DNA of 57,010 nucleotides, counting the filler, from Streblomastix strix (Eukaryota), in the NCBI GenBank assembly GCA_008636045.1. It is 2 parts of 2 records of this genome, joined end to end, with 100 filler letters (N's around TTAATTAATTAA, not from the genome) between each part and the next. Parts side by side here need not be neighbours in the genome. Positions count along the whole stretch, not along the records: positions 28,575 to 57,010 come from SNRW01000124.1; 1 more part is not named here. One strand, 5' to 3'. Positions 40,220-51,600 of this stretch are shown piece by piece. The position numbers were made by a program, and so were the translations under genes. A model generated the notes under the pieces. It saw nothing but the letters and a program-made list of their open reading frames with translations, did no database searches and was not told the origin of the DNA. Numbering within the stretch: position 1 is the stretch's first letter; every line of letters begins with the position of its first letter.

Positions 40220-40669
40220 ATGTCAAAACCTCTCAAATAATTATTAGCTGAACTTGCAAAAGCAAACTGTGAAGATGAAGATTTAATAAGAACAACGATA
40301 GAAACACTATAGAATCAGCTTATGAAAAGTAAATAAGATTCATAACATATATTACTTAAAGAATTAATAAAAATTAATAAGTAATTCACAACTTAATAGA
40401 GTAAATTATAGTTAATTAAATAGTTTGCTGATGATGAAGACTATAAAAATAAAATATATGGTGAGAATAATAAGTACTATGCTCGTGAATATAATCAAAT
40501 CAAGAAGAAGATGGATTTGAATCAATAGCCATAATAAATAAAGAAATATATTATATCTGAAGCAACTTATGATGAAAAATAGATATATAATTAATTTGTC
40601 TTGGATAATGATAATCAACTATTTTGTGCGTACTATCAATTAACTTAGCTTAATGTATCTAAATAATGA
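40220..40669 (+). CDS. Viral hypothetical protein (149 aa)
   Basis: Open frame MSKPLKQLLAELAKANCEDEDL... under TAR=Gln. Confidence 0.65.
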
Positions 40670-40872
40670 AGATAACCTATGACTTCACAAGTTTTTTCCG
40701 ATATTAGACCATATCTTTCGTTACATTCTTATTTTTTCTATTCATAGAACTATTATTGATAAACACCTAATTCCTTATCATCAATCAATGCTTCAAATAT
40801 TTAAAACACTTCATAATCAGAAGCATTATATTCTTTTCTTAATGTTTAAGCAAATTCATACAAATATTCCAT
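40636..40872 (-). CDS. Small viral hypothetical protein (78 aa)
   Basis: Open frame MEYLYEFAQTLRKEYNASDYEVFQIFEALIDD... Confidence 0.55.
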
Positions 40873-40919
40873 TTGAAAAATAACAAAAATTTTAAATTTA
40901 TTATTATAATCAAATAAGA

Positions 40920-41488
40920 TCATATAATTTCTTGAATTTATTTACTACAATTTTGGTAGTTTTATCATTAATATCTCTTATCATAACATAATATGCTTAC
41001 TATTTCTTATTTTAATTCAAATGTAGTTTCCTGTATTAAAGTCAATTGTAAAACCAGAAATCATTATTATCATAATAATAAAACTCAAACTTATAAACTC
41101 CATAATCCGTTATTTCAATAGCTTCATTCGATAATTCATCAACATGTTCATATTAAACTCCATTGCCGGAATTTCTATTCAACTAATTTTCTGAGCGAGT
41201 AACCCATCGTAAATTTTCGAGTCGATTATCTGATTTGTTACGATTAATATGATCTATTTCAGGTAAATTTTCAGGATTTGGAATGAATTATAGTGCAAAA
41301 ACTCGATGTAATGTAAAATATACTTAATTAAGGAATAATGATGTATAATCATCATGATTCGTTCTAGTTATTGGAATATATCCATTAGATCTCTTTCTAA
41401 TTGTATGAGGTTCATCTTACATAATTTCATAATCATTATCTACAATCAATATTTACCAATTATTTTTTTCAATTAATTATTCAGTCAT
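40920..41488 (-). pseudogene. HNH (HNH_3, I-HmuI-like) endonuclease
   Basis: LHRVFALQFIPNPENLPEIDHINRNKSDNRLENLRWVTRSENQLN; in-frame TGA at 41042-41044, downstream of the nuclease domain; 3' end approximate. Confidence 0.85.
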
Positions 41489-41548
41489 TTTTGAATTTGA
41501 TAAAAATAATTTATAAATTTAATGTATTTTTATTATTATTTTTAATTA

Positions 41549-41755
41549 TCATTTTTTATTTAAATGCCTATCTACGGCGCCAGATATGTTGCCTATAGTT
41601 CCCATGATCTAACCAGCACCTGGATTCAACATTGAAACGGGGCCTGAAAGTGTCCCCGTTACCTTATGAAGTGTCGGGGCTACCCAGCCTGCCACCTTCT
41701 TTATACCGCCTAATATCTTACTTCCGAAATTTTTCAAACCAGAGAAGAATCCCAT
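41549..41755 (-). CDS. 68-aa amphipathic peptide, adenovirus protein VI-like (putative membrane-lytic virion protein)
   Basis: MGFFSGLKNFGSKILGGIKKVAGWVAPTLHKVTGTLSGPVSMLNPGAGQIMGTIGNISGAVDRHLNKK; divergent from the MCP gene; conserved in the relic. Confidence 0.75.
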
Positions 41756-41844
41756 ATTGAATTATAATTTGATTTTCAAGTTAGTGTAATTGTTTGAATA
41801 ATAAAACTTACTTACAGTTTTAAATTCTAAGTAAATCAAACTTA

Positions 41845-43806
41845 ATGAGTTTCTCAGCAAGTGATTATATATAGAAATTAGCTCACGTTTAGCATTCTGA
41901 TTATATATCTTCGTATTAAGCAATGTCAGAAGTATTGAGATAGGCATCTATTCATCCATAGAGTTTTAATATAAGTAGATTAGAATTCTTTGATTAACCT
42001 ATTAATTAACTTACAAGTGATGGATAAAGATATATAAGAGCTCCATTACGTACAAAAAATTAAGGAATTTGCTCTATGGTATAATCATGTTAAGTCTGCT
42101 GGTAAATAACAATTCCTGGAGAGAGATTGGCACTATAACTTAATTTAATTCCAAGATTATCTACAGCTCTAAATTCAAAGGCAAGAGCAAGAGCTAGAGT
42201 AAATTTCAATGAATTAGATGATCCTTAAGCAGATTGGGTGCGAACTATGTAAATTGGTGCAGAAGAAAATGAAAGGCCAATCAATCCTAATGAACATGTT
42301 AAGTTCTGGCTTGGTTATTCAACAGCTTGTGGACCATTTTAATAAATAGCAATATGTAAAGATAATACAAAGCTATGGGAGACATCAATATATGCAAGAG
42401 AATAAGCTGTGATAGCTGTAAATTGATTATCTGACTCAAGTACAAAAAATTCTGTGAGTGTACCACCTTTAGAAACAGTAGTTAGTGGTAAAAGACATTG
42501 TGGAGTTTTCATAGATATTCCTGTTGAAGCTTTTGCTACTGGAAGCTTTAATTATTTAATTCCATATCCAATAACAATTGCTGGCGTGCTTGATTTAAAC
42601 TAGCTAAATCCAATATTCAATTCATTTCCTGTGTTAACACGTAATTATGCATCGTTATATTTATAGTTAAGGACTTAAGATTTCTTGTAAGATCTGAAGG
42701 TTGTATGGTTAAATAAGTCTAATACGATAACTAACTAACATCTTTCTTATTAAATGATTCCATCAGAGAAACCAGATCTAATTTTCTTACTTAATACAGC
42801 TGGAGCTGCATATTCAGGATTTTCAATAAGATTAGTTAAAATGGAAGGAAAAGCTCCTGATGAAAGAAGACATACAAATTCAATAAGTTAAATTAAGGAT
42901 GCAAGATTCACTAAGTTAGATATTAATAATGTGTGTTTCAACATGGAAAATGAATAAGCAATCATTGATATGATAAGAACTCAAAAAATATTGAATTTCC
43001 TAACGTAAATTATACGTACATAATCAAGTAACTTCCCATTTCGTGGATTTTCAGAAAATGGTGGTTCAATGTAGAGTATGATGTCATATTCAAATATAAA
43101 AGCAATGTTTATTACATTTGCATTGAACTAATATCCAACTTGGATGTTTCCTGTGTTATTTTAGAAGTTCAATTTGGAAATTGATCAGCGACATATTATT
43201 TAATAAGAATATGTATCGTTGAATCCAATGGTCACAGGATAGATGTTCGAATGTTTTGTTGAATAAGACTTAGTTTCAGCACCTTCAGATTTATATCATT
43301 CATTGAATTTCCAAAATCAAACAATAAATGAATCAAATGGGAATTACTATGGTTATATGTGCGCAAGTTATATTGATTGAGAGAATGTATTCTATAATAC
43401 AACGTTATACATAGGAAGTAAAGCAGTAAAAATATATTATCCTCATAAATTTATGCTTGCATGGAAGATGGCAACTGATGATTCATTTATGAGAGGATAT
43501 AATTCAACAAAAATGGGAGCAAGAACTAATATTCAAGTTACTTTATAAGGGAGTATAACTCAAAGAATAATAGATAATTCATAGATACTTGATGCAGTTC
43601 TTGGGATCTAAGATGATTAGAATAATCTTTTATAATTTATTGCAACAAGAGCTTATCCTACTCCAACTAATGCTTAGATAACTCCTTAGATGCACTATCT
43701 CTGTGATGCTATCATTAGATTTACTTTTGATGAAGCACCTGATCCATCGGTTTTAAACTTTGAAATCATAGGTGAAGTTGGTGGAACTATGCTAAGAAGT
43801 GGATGA
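41845..43806 (+). pseudogene. Putative major capsid protein (double jelly-roll), ~650 codons
   Basis: Size, beta-rich composition, strong conservation with the relic and adjacency to the penton-like gene; in-frame TGAs at 42424 and 43378. Fold inferred, not shown. Confidence 0.65.
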
Positions 43807-43973
43807 AAAGATGGAAAAATAAAATATGCTTGTTATAATTATTTTTGCAATTATAAACATGGAAAATTAAATAGTTTCCTTTGCTGAATTAATAATTATT
43901 AATGATCCAATATTAAATATACCAAGTTAAGTAAAAATAAGAAAATTAAAAGGTATCTAATTATTTTGAATGC

Positions 43974-45455
43974 TCACTAAGATTGAATTTCTAATAATAA
44001 ATTATTGTACATATCCATATATTAATTAATTATTTTTCTTCCATAATTATCATATAATGTGAATATAACAGCTTTGTTTTAGCCTATCATACATTCTTAA
44101 GATAGCATATTTTAACCCCATAATACTGGTGCACCAATAAGATTTTACTTATAACATACATTTGAGAAGCCTTAACCACCTATTCCTTACAATGTGGTAC
44201 CTTATATCTAGTTAGAGACTGAAATAATAAGCATCTGAGGATATTATTGGAAATTACCAATGAAAGGACAAAAGATAGGTGTATCAGCTAAAGAACTCTA
44301 AGAATCATACTGAATTTTATAATATCATGTTTCTACATCAATGAATTTCACTGATGAAGCATTATTTACGACAGGATTTGCAGCATTCTCAGATAATCCA
44401 TCATATATATCTAATGCTCCTGTTAATTATATGAATAAATTAGGAGATAAGGTAATTCTCTTTGGTTACCGTAGAATTTAAGTATTTGCTTAATAATTCA
44501 TAGTTGAAAACTGAGTTAATACTTCAGGAACATACTATCCATAATATTAAAGTCTGTTAACTGCAGTATATATAATATCCCAATCTTTAGAATTCTAACC
44601 AGGAATTGAAGATATAATTCTTACTGGATATGTATAGATACTATTAATGATTGATTACATAGTTGGTTATTAAATATTCATTGGTAAAGCTATTACTTCT
44701 AATATTGTACTATTATCATTGACATTATATTATTTCCCATGTAAGTATCTTATTTTTTCCGAATGAACTGATGTTGTAGTTAAAAATAGTTCTTTAAATG
44801 TTGTGAAGTTATTTATCGTAGAGCAATATAAACGAATAATATCAATTAATCTGTAGTAACAACCATTGGATTACATGTAGTACTTATAAAGAAATGAATC
44901 TAATCTTAGATTAATATAGTTTATTGCAAATGATACTATATCAGAGCCATAATTAATATTTTGTCAGTATTTTCCATCTGATAACTTCTAAGTAAATTCA
45001 TTTGATGCATTATTAAAGCAAATTGCTCCACGATTACTAGTGTTCGTCATATGAAAGTACTATTCTTAAGAATCTACGAATTCATCTAACTATGCTGAAG
45101 TTATAACCATGGTTAAGGGTGCATACTAATATCCTTGATAATTCTATTCGTTAGTATATCTATTGTTGATAGTAGTATTGAAGTTTATTTTTATAGTTGG
45201 AATCTCAGTTATCTCTGCTAATTTGTATGTTCCATTAGGATTCATTGATTATTCAAAGTATTTCTTATTTACTGATGATTGCATACCATGAGATATCTCT
45301 ATGTAATCTTGATTCTAGTAATAAGTGAGATTTATGGGCATGTTATTAAGAGAATTTACTTAAAATTACTTAGAACCACTGGGAATTGTTGTTTTCCAAG
45401 TTACATAATCAGAATCTGAGTCAGATCAGAGTATTTATAAGCTAAGTGATGACAT
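43974..45455 (-). pseudogene. Putative minor capsid (penton) protein
   Basis: ~490-codon frame ending VIFTLYDNYGRKI...LLLEIQ, similar to single jelly-roll penton C-termini; in-frame TGAs at 45426, 44964 and 44325. Confidence 0.6.
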
Positions 45456-45489
45456 TACTTTAATATCAAAAATAAATATACTGTTGTGT

Positions 45490-45711
45490 TCACTTTTCAT
45501 TAAGGTATTATACTAATTTTAAGAATGATTCTTATTCACCAGTATCTTATGCAATACCAATGGTTTCCTTGAGTTATTCCATCTTAAGACGTTTATTATA
45601 CTATCGTAAGAGAAATCTTAGTTCAATTTCAGGATCTGATTTAGTTGCAACACATAATAATGAACTTATAAAATGTGAGTAAACAAGAAATTCTTCTATT
45701 GTAATGTGCAT
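45490..45711 (-). CDS. Small viral hypothetical protein (73 aa)
   Basis: MHITIEEFLVYSHFISSLLCVATKSDPEIELRFLLRQYNKRLK... Confidence 0.45.
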
Positions 45712-45873
45712 ATTCTTTAAAAATATGTAAAATACCTATGATTTTCAAATATTTTTACTGTTTAGATTAATAATCTATACAATAGGTAAAATGCAAGATG
45801 GAATTGTTATTAAGATATCCCAAGTCATTAGAAATTTGATTTACTTTGTTTACATTTAAAATAAAGTAAGTAA

Positions 45874-46950
45874 ATGTCTAAGAAAGGAAAGAAGAGTAGT
45901 AAAACAACTTATAAACCTAACAAATACGAATAATAGTTATCTAAAACTATATTTACTTGTCTTGATGAGCTCATTAATAGTAATATGGAGAAATTAAGAA
46001 AACATCAAGCTGGTGGAGATTATAAATCTAAGATGAAATCTGGTGGTAAATTTAGAACACTTAGATATTAAAGATATAGACCTGAATTAGTTGCTGAAAT
46101 ACCAGAAATAATATTAAGCAGTGGTCTGAGATTTAAGACAAGAATGACTCGTTCATAACTAAAACCACTTGAAGAAGAAGTTATGCATTGAATTCCAAAT
46201 ATATCAGAAAAGGAAGCTAGGCTTGAAATATCTTAAATAACTGATCTTAAAGATAGACGGTAAATTTATACTGAGCTTTTCCCAAAAAGCATATTATCAG
46301 ATCTTTATGAAACTACTTTCAGAGTAAATAAAGAAGGTAGGTTAATGGAATAGAAATATATTGAGAAAGCTTAGAGTTATAAGGACTATATTAATGCAAG
46401 ATTAAATTAACCATAGATGGATTTTGGATAGAGAGGTCCAGTAGTTACACAAGAAGAATAATTGAATGAATTGTTGAATTTCGGATCATAAAAGTAAAAA
46501 GAGTAGGTAACTAAGGAACTAAACAAAGAATATTCTACTAATAATGATGAACCTCTTCCAGATTCAGCTTTCGTTTCAGAAATTGCTGGAGAATAATCAT
46601 TAGCTTATGAAAAATTAACGGATGAATAACAATAATAAATATAATCAGATATACTTGCTGCTATTAATCTCAGTACTGTCTATGATATTGGAGCTTTAGA
46701 TTGGGGTAGACCACCAATTAATGATATCTATGGTAGATCTCCATTTGAAACATACAAAGCCGGTTGTAAATATGATTAATTTGGTAATCCTCAACCTTAT
46801 ATGAAGAAACCAGTAGTTCCAGTAGGTAATAAAGATACAAAGATGAAGAAAAATTATATTGCAACTTCACTACTAATTCAAACAGCTAACCCATAGTCTG
46901 ATTTACATAAAAAATTAACTAAATCTATGAAAAATCATAAGAAAAAATGA
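45874..46950 (+). pseudogene. Viral protein with basic termini (possible core protein)
   Basis: MSKKGKKSSK...AGG...SGG...KNHKKK; 358 codons, one in-frame TGA at 46189. Confidence 0.65.
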
Positions 46951-46986
46951 AATTTCCTATATTTTATACATTAATTCATACATTTT

Positions 46987-47259
46987 TCAAATACTTTCGT
47001 TTTATTATTCTTATTATTCAAACTTGTTTATAAATTCATGTATTCTATCTATTTCAAGAGAATCTGGAATAATAATACTTTATAATCTCTTTATGAGAAA
47101 TAATTAAGAATCTGAAACATAATTAATAAATTATCTCTTTTATGCTTATAATCTAATTAATCTTTATTTCCTTAACTGTTTCGCAACTTCAATTGCTTCT
47201 TCCTTGGTTGAATATTTGCATTATCTTCCATCTCGAATATTCATATAAACTTAACTCAT
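46987..47259 (-). CDS. Small basic, putative DNA-binding protein (90 aa)
   Basis: GRQCKYSTKEEAIEVAKQLRKQR motif; open frame. Confidence 0.55.
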
Positions 47260-47295
47260 TTTTTTGTTAAAAATAAAATATTTTTATAAAAGTTT

Positions 47296-48615
47296 TCAGT
47301 TAAAAAATTATTATTTAAATTTTAAAAATTAAGGTTAATTTAATTATTATTCATTTTCACAGATGTACATTGTATAATATATTGGTACAGTTATCTTATC
47401 TAAGTCAGAAAATGGTTTTAATAATAAGCACTCTACATTACCACCGTCATATTTAATAAACTTAGCTAATTCATTGAAATTTCTTCTTTACTTCATATAA
47501 CGATGCATTGTACGTAAGTAATCAACATGAATCATTAAAATATTTCCAGGCTTATATTTAGTTAATCCATCTTCTTATTATTTTTATTTCACTTCTCGTA
47601 ATTTTTTATCATTCTTCCTTATGAAATAAGGTTCAAGCTCTTATTAACTATTCACTTACTTCGGTGTAAATTAATTATCAAATGCACCATGAAGAGTATC
47701 GTTGTAAAGCTCAACTATTTGTTACATTAACTTTGGATTAGAAAACGATCTATCGTCTTATCCAAAAGCATTTCTTATTGTTCTTATTACTGAATCAACA
47801 ACACGATTATGATTCGTTAATTCTTGAGAACCGTTTACAAAATAAGTCTTAATATCATTCTTGTTATAAAATTACCTAAGTTAATTACTTGCAAATCCTT
47901 TTTCGCCATCACTTCTGATATGTGTTACATTCTATGTTTAAACCAAATTCTACAATGCTTTTTCAATAACCTCTTATGATTTACTATGTAATGGATATAC
48001 AACAAGATATTTGGTATTGATGTTAATACAGAATAAATAAATTTAATTAATTCTAACTAACTCAGGATTCATTGAAAATACAATATCTATTACCCATGAA
48101 CCAATGTCATATGAAAAATATGGTCTTTTAAATTTTTAAGGTAATTATTTAATTTGACAATCAGGAACTACTGTTTATTTTTTATTATCTTCTAGTTTAA
48201 CTCCATGTACTTATTCATAAGCCTTCACTTTGGATTTGAATGGAAATTTTATTGTCTATTATTATGTTGTTTATTCTTATGGTAATCTAATATTTTATCT
48301 CTTCTTACCTTTCTACAATTCTTTTGCAATATAATCATCAAACCAGTCTTAAATAGTTTTTCCACCATATTGAATCTTATCAGCATTCTCAATGATAACT
48401 GGAATTTCTCTGTCACTGTTTTGAATTTATATTTCATCTACAAATTCTGTAAGATTTAATCTCTTAGGTTATTTTAACATGGTTTATATCGATAATTTCA
48501 TAGAATCTTCAGCAATTTCTATTTACTTCTTGGTTTTATCAAATCTCTTGAGTAATTCATCAAGAATTTATGCTTATGATTTACTTCTACGAGTATGTAA
48601 ATTGTGCTAAGTCAT
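47296..48615 (-). CDS. Retroviral-type (rve) integrase, DDD variant (439 aa)
   Basis: GSWVIDIVF, YLFCININTKYLVVYPL, HIRSDGEKGF, HNRVVDSVIRTIRN, YNDTLH; frame appears intact. Confidence 0.9.
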
Positions 48616-48664
48616 AAATTTTAATAAACAAAAATAAATTATATATATTATATATATTTTTATT

Positions 48665-51600
48665 TCAAGGCATCAACATCTTATATTAAATTTTATATTT
48701 ATCAGCAGATATTCCTTCAATATACGGACAATAGCATTAATTTTCTAATACAATCATTTTGGTATGAACTCCTGTTATTCAATTCTTAGTTGTATTGATT
48801 CTACTCATCTTACTGAATACTTCATCATCAGAATTTCTCTCAATATGCTATCTTAACGATGTATTCTTACCTTTAACTATAGTTCCATTCTTAATATTGT
48901 TTTCATAAGCATCTTTATTAATTTATGGATTCAATTTTAAACTCATTCCTTTAAGTTTAATAATAATTGGATCTTTCTTATCAAATTCTTATCTTAACCA
49001 GTAATTCTTTGGTGCTAATGCTATAAGAGTTGAACCACAGTGTTCATATGCAACACCCAATGGTTTCTTTTCATTTTCTATTTGTAATTCTTTTATTTTA
49101 AGTTTTCTTTCTTCAAGTTACTCAATTTTATCTAATATTGGTCAACTTTCATTAGTGATTACTTACTTAAGCTTTGGGAAGAACTTATATAATTTTTAAT
49201 CATAGAATTATTTGTCTTTAAAAACAGTTGAGAATCCTTATTTATAATTTTATTTAGGATCTCCAGCAACTGCTAGCTTCATAGAATCTGTATCACAGTA
49301 AATAAGATGAACTCGATTCATATCAATCATTGGAGTTAAGAAATTATAATAGAAGTTCATAAACCAATACTTAGAACAATCTAACACTGCAAATGCAACT
49401 TATAAACAGGTTTTACAATTGAATTTCTATTATTCAAATTCAACAGCATATATGTTATCTGCAAACATACGATCACTTTTGAATCTACCATTGAGATGTT
49501 TCCTGAATGTTTCATGTATATCACATAGCTTAATATCTGAGAAATGCTCTTGATTCATACCATCACTTCCATAAGAGCTATTCATAGAAATCTTACTAAA
49601 TTATTCTCCTCCGGAATTTCCTTCAATCTTCGATTAGATACGTTATTACATGAATTTCCTAACAAATGATTCAAATCCAATAGGCTTAGAGAATGTCAAA
49701 ACACACTTAACAACGTCAATTATGAAATGACAATCATCAATAAGTAACCAGAGATAATATGAATAGAAGCACATATACATATTCATTGTTGATAATAAAA
49801 CAGTAAGTTTGCATTATTATCCACCAGTTTTCATATTATTATCTTTCATGTATTGATGCATGAAGTCGCCAATAACAGATTCTAATGTTTTATATTTATA
49901 TTTTCTTATTATTGGTGAACAATTAATATAATCATTAATATATTAATAATCAATATGACCTTTAACTTCAGCAATGAACACAGTTATGTTATCAATATCT
50001 GATTTCTTATTGGAGAATATTAATGAATTATTAATAATTTTCAATCTAAGTTGTTTTTACGACGCTTTAGCGTCTTAATCCCTTAGGGAGTACTTATCAC
50101 TAACACACTCAATTCTATCTAATTCATAACCTGGCATATAAATTCTGTGACCGGTATATTTAATGAAATCGTGAGGAATTCCACTCATTACAGATGGATA
50201 TAATGAATTAAAATCATAACCAGTAACATGAGTCATTACATAATCAAGATCATAACTTACGACATACTAACCTTCTAGTTTTAGTTTATTAATTTGAGTT
50301 TCATCTTTTACGTTATATATATGAAAAGCATTTGCTAATCCACCTGTAATATTTGGTCGTAACTTATGATATATATCTTCATCTGTTAATGGCATTGGTA
50401 TACATTTTGCTAAATAATATATTTTTAGTTATATTAAGCCTTTAGTTACGAAAGGATCTCTATTTCCTCTCTTTACATTACACCATTAACAAGCTAATTA
50501 TACATTATTTTTACTATGACCAAGACTATTATCGATTCTATCTAACGTTGGAGGATTCTTATTTGTGAGTCTTACTTCACAGAACCAGCATTAACCTCCT
50601 TTAATAATATCACGGAAATATTCAAAATCTGCTTAATTAACGTTGTCTTATATATCTCTTCCTGCATTTGTATCTTACGTATTATAATTTGAAACTTTCT
50701 AATTCCAATGATCTTAAGTTAGTACAAATGGAGTAAATTATTTTAATGCTGGATCATCTTTTGTAGTATACTTTGAATTCAAGTCTAAATCATCACAACA
50801 CATCTTATACTTAGTTGCATTTGCACAGCTTGCCATAGTTAAGTAATTAAACATATCAAGATCGTTATTAAAATTCATTTTAATTAAGTTATCAATAGGT
50901 TCTATCATGATAAATGTGTCTAGTTCATTGTAATATTATAAATAATCCCATCTATTATTAAATTTCTTAATTGTATCGATAACTTAACCATGTTAGTTAA
51001 CAATTATAACGATTTAATCTAGTTAATAATCAAAGTAATCAGAATTTGATAGCTTTTGTTCAGTTAACTCGTTAAAAAAACTACTCTTATTCAAATGGTT
51101 CAGTAATATTTAAAACTTCATCATAGTTGTTTGTATTGAATGCAGTATAAGGGAATATTCCTTTGTTATCACTTCTTTTGTTGGATTTCTTACCGAAATC
51201 ATTGACAAACTCTTTAAGTTTCATTTTTGTAACGAACATCTCAGCGTCTAAGAATTAAATTCTAACGCCGGTAATCTTGTGACGAACTTCAACTCGTTTA
51301 ATAGGAGAGAAGTCACAAAGATAATTGGTTATATGCCACTTAAGGCTTGTCAAATATGGTAATACGAAAATCATATCAAAATATGCGGAATTGAAACCTA
51401 AAACTGGAACAGGAATATCATATGGAACATCAATATCATCATACATATTATCTGCTTTAACTTATTTAGCTTCTTCAAACAAAGCGTCGAGCCATTACTC
51501 TATGAAATTTAAATCATTGTTATTGAATCTAACATCGATATAGATTGATTTTAATCCTTTCTTTGATTTAATTGTTGATGCAACTGATAATGGAACTAAT

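Noticed and set aside
43859..45528. Long plus-strand gene
   Set aside because: That frame has TGAs at about the random rate; the real frame is the minus-strand penton-like gene.
45530..45600. GNHW motif suggesting an adenain-like protease
   Set aside because: It is out of frame with the upstream ORF and has no downstream Asp or Gln-Cys motifs.
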